44,324 nucleotides of DNA from Bdellovibrionota bacterium (GTDB lineage: Bacteria > Bdellovibrionota_C > UBA2361 > OMII01). The stretch covers positions 1 to 44,324 of the forward strand of contig JBIKWQ010000023.1 in the NCBI GenBank assembly GCA_044356215.1, given 5' to 3'. Positions within the stretch are counted from its first letter, which is position 1; every line of letters begins with the position of its first letter. Shown here piece after piece: positions 38,081-44,324 of this stretch. Position numbers and translations under genes: made by a program. Under the pieces are notes generated by a model. It was not told the origin of the DNA, made no database searches, and saw only the letters and a list, made by a program, of their open reading frames with translations.

Positions 38081-41008
38081 CTAAGCTAATAGACTCATGA
38101 GCTCATCCCTAGAAAGGCTCAAAGTCCCCTCTCCTCCTAGCGCCGCGGCCATAAGAGCCCGCTTCTGCTCCTGAATCTTTAAGATACGTTCCTCAACCGT
38201 GTCTTTAGCCACGAGGCGATGAACGATAACTGAATTTCTCTGACCGATACGATAAGCTCGATCAGCCGCCTGATCCTCCGCGGCCGGGTTCCACCAAGGA
38301 TCGATGATATAGACGTGGTCGGCAGCGGTAAGAGTTAAACCAAGACCACCTGCCTTTAAAGATAGCAACATAACGTGTGGGCCATCGTCAGCCTGGAAAC
38401 GGTCAACAATATCACCACGACCCTCGGTAGAACCGTCAATTCTACTAAAGGAGATACCAACTTCATTAAGGCGAGGCTCGATGAAATCCAGCATCGCAGT
38501 CCACTGAGAAAAAACAAGCGCCCGATGGCCTTGCGCCCTCGAAGCAACTAAAGAATCCATCAGCAGATCCACTTTAGAAGAAGATACCACTTCACCGTGG
38601 CCAGGTAATAATCCCAAGTGGCAACTCGCCTGACGTAAACGCAGCAACGCCTCCAGCGCCGAAAAGACTCCACCGCCGGTGGCAAGAAGTTTATCAACTT
38701 GAGACTTAACCGCCCCTAAAATAGCCTGGTAAACAACCTTCTCTTTCTCTGACAACTCGCACTCAAGAATCACCTCTGTTTTAGGCGGCAACTCGGTAGC
38801 AACCTCTTTTTTTAACCTTCTGAGAACAAACGGCATTACCCGTTTTCTTAACTCGGCAGCCTGATGGATCGCTCCATTTTGAATCGGCGCGGCAAAGCGA
38901 GTTTGGAACTCATGATAAGAACCCAGCAAACCCGGATTAAGAAACTTAAATTGACTCCAGAGATCGTCAAGCGAGTTCTCTACAGGTGTTCCTGACAAGC
39001 TAATCTTCTTCTTTGCCTTTATTAGGTGCGCCGCCTGAGCAACCTGGCTTTCGGGATTGCGGATCATCTGAGCCTCATCAAGTACGACTAGCTCCCAATT
39101 ATTCTCAACGATCAGATCTATATCTCGTCTTAAGAGAGCATAAGAGGTAATCGTAATATCAGCATCCTTCTCTAACTCACGACGTGCCCCATGATACACA
39201 GAAACCGTTAGGCCGGGCCTAAATTTCTCAATCTGACTCTTCCAACTACCTAAAACCGACGTTGGACACACCACAAGAGTACGAGGTCCAGCCACACAAA
39301 GCGTTTGAAGCGTCTTTCCAAGACCCATATCGTCGGCTAACAGAGCACCCAGACCATTTCGCAGAAGAAAAGATAACCAATTCACTCCAACTCGTTGATA
39401 CGAGCGGAGCGTCGCCGTTAGGTCCGACGGGAGGTCGGCAGGAGGTATCGACTGCACATCCGCTAGTGCCTGCTTAAGACGGGTAAAATACTGCGGTGGT
39501 GGCACCCCAATAGATTCGCAGAGCTCACTAACATCGGAGATCAATTTAGCAGGAGCAGCTGCTTCTGAATCCTCCTTTGCCTCTAAGATCCTCTCTAAGG
39601 CAGCGGAATGCTCCCTCAACCACTCTCGCGGCAGAGCCCCCCATCCCGCATCTGCACCGAGGTGAATAAAAGAATCCCCTCTCTTCCACGCCGAAAGGAC
39701 CTCGTCAGCATTTAATTCAACAGCTTTGGCTTCCGCATCAGGCAGAGCAAATGAAAACTTAAGCGAGTCTCCAAGCAAGTCTAGCTTTGGAGTTAACACA
39801 CCTCTTGGCTTGAAAAATTTTGCGCCATCTCCACTGATCGACAAGCCCCGGAGCCTCCCAATAAAATCCACGGCACGCGCGCCGGCGATAATCGTTGCTT
39901 GGTTAATCTTTAACCCCAGCTTTAAAGAGAGATCCCTAACTAATCTCCCTTCCTCCGCCAACTCACGAATAGGCACCTCGCGGCGGTCTAGCAGTATTAG
40001 GTCGCCCTGCTCTACGCGGGCTATCTCAGGATCGCCGTAGACTACAGTTGGAACAACCGCCAGCGACGCTCCATCATTTACTGCGCGTAAGTCTATTACA
40101 ATTCTAGGAGCAACCCTGCGCGCTCTTGGTAACCGCTTACTGAGAACTCTTAGATCTATCTTTCCATTTAAACGCGGCAGTGCAACCGTTACTAGTTCAA
40201 GAGCACGGTCTTCTGAAAAGAAAGTTCCCGAATCCTTGATTAACTCCAACTCGTCAATTCGTAGAGCAGAATCCTCTACGGCTTGCAGGGCGCCATCGAC
40301 TAATGCGGCACTATTATCAAAATACTGCGTGATGTTTGACTCACGAGATCTCCTGAGACGATATCCACCTTCCTCATCTACAACCTCAGCCTTAACGATT
40401 AAAGGCTCAGGCCGCACCGCGACACGCTTTCCATCTAAAAGCACATTTGCGACTCTGGCTAAAGTCGGAATCAGATGCCTCATCGTCTTAGGATCTAATA
40501 ATCCTGTCTTCTGTTGAGGTAACGCGTAGTCAATACGGAGCTCCTCTTCTGTCGGAAACACTTTCCTTCCGGAGCGCTCAATAGCTGCCACAGATTGCAA
40601 GAGCGTTGTACCTACATCGAATCGTTCATCATCTGAAAAAGTGATGTAGCGCGCGAATTCTAGCGAGTTCCCCTTACGCGTGAACTCGTGGGTTATAACT
40701 CCAACTTTTGATAAGGAAGACACTGCACTCGACCTCTCCAAGCGCCCCTGTTTTACAGCGATAATAGTCGCTACTACGTGGCGACAAGGGTCCTCCTCGG
40801 CGGAGCAGCTACACTGCCAAAGTTCGCTCGCCTCAGAGATTGAAACCGAGACGACCTTATCCCTGGGTCCCTGCGCAACTCTAAATGTCCTCTCATCAGG
40901 ACTTGAAGATCCCTCTTCCTGAAAAATCCCATTTCTAGCTAGCTCTACTCCGGCCGACCAGGTCTTCGGCTCTGCCATCTCGCGTGCCAGTTCAAAGAGG
41001 GTTTCCAT
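38081..41008 (-). CDS. SWIM zinc finger plus SNF2-family helicase
   Basis: CSC...PCRH, LADDMGLGKT, VLDEAQ, LSGTPVEN, LRRLK, LVFSQW, SLKAGGLGLTL, DPWWNPAAEDQAADRAYRIGQ; likely ATG 41008. Confidence 0.93.
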   Translation of the reverse strand: METLFELAREMAEPKTWSAGVELARNGIFQEEGSSSPDERTFRVAQGPRDKVVSVSISEASELWQCSCSAEEDPCRHVVATIIAVKQGRLERSSAVSSLSKVGVITHEFTRKGNSLEFARYITFSDDERFDVGTTLLQSVAAIERSGRKVFPTEEELRIDYALPQQKTGLLDPKTMRHLIPTLARVANVLLDGKRVAVRPEPLIVKAEVVDEEGGYRLRRSRESNITQYFDNSAALVDGALQAVEDSALRIDELELIKDSGTFFSEDRALELVTVALPRLNGKIDLRVLSKRLPRARRVAPRIVIDLRAVNDGASLAVVPTVVYGDPEIARVEQGDLILLDRREVPIRELAEEGRLVRDLSLKLGLKINQATIIAGARAVDFIGRLRGLSISGDGAKFFKPRGVLTPKLDLLGDSLKFSFALPDAEAKAVELNADEVLSAWKRGDSFIHLGADAGWGALPREWLREHSAALERILEAKEDSEAAAPAKLISDVSELCESIGVPPPQYFTRLKQALADVQSIPPADLPSDLTATLRSYQRVGVNWLSFLLRNGLGALLADDMGLGKTLQTLCVAGPRTLVVCPTSVLGSWKSQIEKFRPGLTVSVYHGARRELEKDADITITSYALLRRDIDLIVENNWELVVLDEAQMIRNPESQVAQAAHLIKAKKKISLSGTPVENSLDDLWSQFKFLNPGLLGSYHEFQTRFAAPIQNGAIHQAAELRKRVMPFVLRRLKKEVATELPPKTEVILECELSEKEKVVYQAILGAVKSQVDKLLATGGGVFSALEALLRLRQASCHLGLLPGHGEVVSSSKVDLLMDSLVASRAQGHRALVFSQWTAMLDFIEPRLNEVGISFSRIDGSTEGRGDIVDRFQADDGPHVMLLSLKAGGLGLTLTAADHVYIIDPWWNPAAEDQAADRAYRIGQRNSVIVHRLVAKDTVEERILKIQEQKRALMAAALGGEGTLSLSRDELMSLLA

Positions 41009-41013
41009 CGCAG

Positions 41014-42027
41014 TTAAACTATACAATCCGCGCTAGTTAGATCCATTGGTAGTCGAGATATAATATCACTGAATTCTTTAGTATCCCGAGCTCGCTTAAC
41101 CTGATCAAAGCACCCGACCATTCCGCGCTTATGAGCGTAGTTAAGCCACTGCTTTATCCGTGACATGGTACGGCGATCAGACTCCATAGCGGCCCTAGAT
41201 TCAGCGGTTAATTCTCTTAACAAAGATCTCCAATCGGTATCTTCTGCGTCCTTAAGTGACTTCTCAATTCCTCGCGTATCAGTAATCCCAAGATAATCAG
41301 CGCATCTCTTAACTAGACTCGGATCCGCCAGAGCACCTCGACCGATCATAAAGTGCTCACATCCCGACTGCTCCTGACAAAGCTTGAGTTCATCAAGACT
41401 CCAGATCTCGCCGTTAGCGACCACTGGAACTCCAACAATCTTCCTGACTTCTCCGATAGGCTTCCAATAAGCTGGAGGAGTATAGCCCTGCATTTTAGTT
41501 CGGCCGTGAATTGTTATCCATGCAGCACCACCTCTTACCGCGCGCTCAGCATTTTGATAAATCGCCTTGGGATCGTCCCAGCCTAGCCTCAATTTAGCGG
41601 ATAACGGGATATGCTCAGGAAGCGCACTCCTTACGGCGCCGACTATACTTTCGATGCGTTCCGGAAACTTTAATAGCGTTGCGCCTCCATCGTGACGATT
41701 CACCGTGGGCGCCGGGCATCCAAAGTTAAGATCAATTACCTGTGCGCCAGCCTGAACGGCGACCAACGCGGATTGAGCCAAACGGTCCGGGTCGCCTCCA
41801 AGAAGTTGTACGACCACTGGAGCGCCAGAGGTCGTCCTGGCACCATTCCTAAGCTCCGGCACATCGTTGGTAAAGACGCGAGCAGGCGGAACTATCTGCG
41901 AGATCCTGATAAACTCAGACACGCAGAAACTAAATCGCATCCGTGCTGTCAGGAAACGGCGCATAAAAGCATCCGTGACTCCGTCCATAGGAGCAAGAAC
42001 CAGTGCTGGCTTACCGGCCGTGATCAT
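41014..42027 (-). CDS. dusC: tRNA-dihydrouridine synthase (DusC-like)
   Basis: LAPMDGV, VSEFIRI, VQLLG, IDLNFGCPAPTV, SAKLRLG, IHGRTK, ANGEI, MIGRG. Confidence 0.88.
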   Translation of the reverse strand: MITAGKPALVLAPMDGVTDAFMRRFLTARMRFSFCVSEFIRISQIVPPARVFTNDVPELRNGARTTSGAPVVVQLLGGDPDRLAQSALVAVQAGAQVIDLNFGCPAPTVNRHDGGATLLKFPERIESIVGAVRSALPEHIPLSAKLRLGWDDPKAIYQNAERAVRGGAAWITIHGRTKMQGYTPPAYWKPIGEVRKIVGVPVVANGEIWSLDELKLCQEQSGCEHFMIGRGALADPSLVKRCADYLGITDTRGIEKSLKDAEDTDWRSLLRELTAESRAAMESDRRTMSRIKQWLNYAHKRGMVGCFDQVKRARDTKEFSDIISRLPMDLTSADCIV

Positions 42028-42054
42028 CTTTCAAGAAAAAGTTACCGCGCTAAT

Positions 42055-42852
42055 TTACAGGACGCTACTCGTAAAAACCGAGCTTAAATTAGCCTTAACC
42101 AAAGGGGCTATCGCCTCCTTTGGTAAGTTAACTCGGGTCTCGCCTAGTGCATAAGGAGCGACCTCGTAGGGATTATACTGTATCTCAAGCCCTTTGTCGC
42201 TTAACGCGAAATTCTCTCCTATTGGAAGCTCCTGTCCAGGAAGGATAAAGAAACCAGCATCTTGAAGACTCTGACCAGCAGCTATCGAACGAGCCCTGCG
42301 AAATTCAGCCTCAAGTATGCGGTTAAGGGTTGGTCTTGAACTCTCTTCAACTAGGTCAGCCACCGTTAACCGCCGTCCTGATTTTGAGTCAAATGTCATT
42401 AGGGATCGATCCTTAAACCCGTGAGCACCTCCCAGATAGCCGATATTAGATATCTCGAAAGATGTTACTTTAGAATCGCTGAAGACCACCTTAGCGGTCC
42501 TTGTCAGCGACCAATCGATCTCAGCGTCACTAACTGAATCATACTCACGCATCCTCGCATCTATCTCGGCAATTAACGCGTCTCGAGATGGCTTCATGTT
42601 ATCAACATCAAGTAGCGCGTAGAGCACACGCTTAATCTCTGCCTCTATAGCTACTCTAGCATCTCCGGTAACCGAATGAGGGATTTCCGGAAGAGCCGCT
42701 ATATCAACCTCGACACATGGACTAGCAGCACAAGATCCTAAGCGAGCCTTTACAGCGCTAAAATCCTCTTTACCAAAGTTAAAGCTGAAACACCCACTAG
42801 CCACAAGGCAGAGGGCAAAGAGACAAACTTGATAGCGCGCAAAGTAACTCAT
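42055..42852 (-). CDS. DUF3298/DUF4163 (RsiV-like) lipoprotein
   Basis: Lipobox ASGC; YLGGAHG, FD..SG..L...DL, YNPYEVAPYALG. Confidence 0.82.
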   Translation of the reverse strand: MSYFARYQVCLFALCLVASGCFSFNFGKEDFSAVKARLGSCAASPCVEVDIAALPEIPHSVTGDARVAIEAEIKRVLYALLDVDNMKPSRDALIAEIDARMREYDSVSDAEIDWSLTRTAKVVFSDSKVTSFEISNIGYLGGAHGFKDRSLMTFDSKSGRRLTVADLVEESSRPTLNRILEAEFRRARSIAAGQSLQDAGFFILPGQELPIGENFALSDKGLEIQYNPYEVAPYALGETRVNLPKEAIAPLVKANLSSVFTSSVL

Positions 42853-42867
42853 AAATCTTCCTAGGAC

Positions 42868-43644
42868 CTACTGTGCCTGCATCTTGCCACGCAAGCTGAC
42901 TCCGCGTAACACAGTTGCCTTTACATAATCACGATTCATTCGAGTTATGTACTTAATGCTGATCCCCTTTGGACAAGCCTCTTGGCATTCACCGTGATTT
43001 GTACAGCCACCGAAATCTTCCTCATCCATCTGGTGTACCATGTTGGCCACTCGCTCAAATCGCTCTGGCTGCCCCTGCGGAAGGAGTCCCAGATGGGCTA
43101 CCTTCGCGGCAGTGAATAACATAGCCGAACCGTTTGGACACGCGGCAACGCAAGCTCCACAACCTATACAAGCAGCGGCGTCGAAAGCCTCATCCGCATG
43201 CTCTTTCTCAATAGGAGTAGCGTTAGCTTCTGGGGCAGCTCCGGTCGACACAGAGATATATCCACCCGCCTGCTGAATCCTGTCAAACGCTCCTCTATCA
43301 GTAACCAGATCCTTTATAACCGGGAAGGATTTAGCTCTAAATGGCTCTATGTAGATAGTGTCACCATCCTTGAAATTCCGCATATGGAGCTGACACGCCG
43401 TAGTCAATCTCTTAGGTCCGTGAGGACGTCCGTTAATCGACATCGAGCAAGACCCGCAGATTCCCTCACGACAATCATGCTCAAAAGCCACAGGGCGCTT
43501 CCCCTGCTCGACTAACGTTTCGTTGAGATAATCAAGCATCTCTAAAAACGAGGAGTCCTCGCTAACGTTTTTTAACTCATGCTGCTCAAAAGCCCCCTCA
43601 GAAGCGGCATTCTGCTGGCGCCAAACAAATAGTTTAAGATTCAT
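42868..43644 (-). CDS. sdhB: Succinate dehydrogenase/fumarate reductase iron-sulfur subunit
   Basis: [45 protein letters not shown] favours ATG 43644. Confidence 0.95.
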   Translation of the reverse strand: MNLKLFVWRQQNAASEGAFEQHELKNVSEDSSFLEMLDYLNETLVEQGKRPVAFEHDCREGICGSCSMSINGRPHGPKRLTTACQLHMRNFKDGDTIYIEPFRAKSFPVIKDLVTDRGAFDRIQQAGGYISVSTGAAPEANATPIEKEHADEAFDAAACIGCGACVAACPNGSAMLFTAAKVAHLGLLPQGQPERFERVANMVHQMDEEDFGGCTNHGECQEACPKGISIKYITRMNRDYVKATVLRGVSLRGKMQAQ

Positions 43645-43670
43645 AACCACTCCTTACTAATAACTCGTCG

Positions 43671-44324
43671 CTACTTATAGCTTCGTGTCGACAACTGCAC
43701 GTTGTCAAACGCTAAGGGTTCCTTTGTTAAATCGTGACCGGAGCCATCTTCTTTTTGGCTCCAGACCGCGCTGTAGCAATAATCGCTGTCGTTCCTCGCG
43801 GCCTCTCCATCTGGAGTTTGATACTCCTCACGGAAATGGCCACCACAGGACTCGTTCCTATTAAGCGCGTCTAGACACATCAGCTCGGCGAACTCAAAGA
43901 AATCAGCCACACGGCCGGCCTTCTCTAGCTCCTGATTAAGCTCATTCCCAGTGCCACCTACGAAGGCGTTAGCGTAGAACTCCTCTTTAAGCTCGGGTAT
44001 GCGCTTAAGAGCATCCTTAAGCCCAGCCTCAGTTCGGGACATTCCGCACTTGTCCCACATGATTCTTCCTAGAACTCTGTGGAAGTGATCAACCGGCTTC
44101 TTGCCCTTCATAGAGAGAAAAACCTGTTGGCGCTTCGCGACACGCTCCTCGGCAGCCTTAACAGATGGATGATCAAGCGATACCGCCCCTGGCTTCTGAG
44201 AGGCCAAATAATTACCGATAGTGTAAGGAATCACGAAGTAACCATCCGCTAACCCCTGCATTAGCGCGCTCGCCCCAAGACGATTCGCCCCGTGATCTGA
44301 GAAGTTAGCCTCTCCCGCTGCGAA
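43671..44324 (-). CDS. sdhA: Succinate dehydrogenase/fumarate reductase flavoprotein subunit (5' part outside the window)
   Basis: Frame open to the window edge: [28 protein letters not shown]...[10 protein letters not shown]...RSYK. Confidence 0.95.
   Translation of the reverse strand, partial: FAAGEANFSDHGANRLGASALMQGLADGYFVIPYTIGNYLASQKPGAVSLDHPSVKAAEERVAKRQQVFLSMKGKKPVDHFHRVLGRIMWDKCGMSRTEAGLKDALKRIPELKEEFYANAFVGGTGNELNQELEKAGRVADFFEFAELMCLDALNRNESCGGHFREEYQTPDGEAARNDSDYCYSAVWSQKEDGSGHDLTKEPLAFDNVQLSTRSYK

Noticed and set aside
38081..41008. SNF2 helicase as an anti-phage defence system
   Set aside because: Ordinary SWIM-SNF2 architecture in a housekeeping run (sdhAB, dusC) with no nuclease or methylase partners.

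Overview
Roughly 50% GC chromosomal window of a Gram-negative bacterium. The gene styles suggest a deltaproteobacteria-like or Bdellovibrionota-like lineage, but that is inference only. Left to right: partial envC, ftsX, ftsE; a lipoprotein plus mlaE-mlaF-mlaD; a solitary mraY; dxs; a Cys-rich Thr/Pro-repeat surface protein; archaeal-type pantoate kinase and phosphopantothenate synthetase followed by bamD; a type II secretion cluster gspC-J; a phosphopantetheinyl transferase; livG/M/H-like ABC genes downstream of tviB/tviC-like UDP-sugar genes; a site-2 protease; a lipid A acyltransferase with a fused lipoprotein/TPR-like tail; two TRL-like lipoproteins; a Tat FAD oxidoreductase; a REP-associated (Y1/HUH) transposase-like gene flanked by GTAGCCCGGCTAC palindromes; a pesticin-like muramidase; a lytic transglycosylase; a SWIM-SNF2 helicase; dusC; a DUF3298-like lipoprotein; sdhB and partial sdhA. 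Two features stand out: (1) the archaeal PoK+PPS route to 4'-phosphopantothenate (CoA biosynthesis) embedded among bacterial envelope genes, and (2) the RAYT-like gene with cognate palindromes on both sides, next to a signal-less pesticin-type muramidase. No rRNA, tRNA or CRISPR array was seen. All family calls come from motif recognition by eye, not from database searches.
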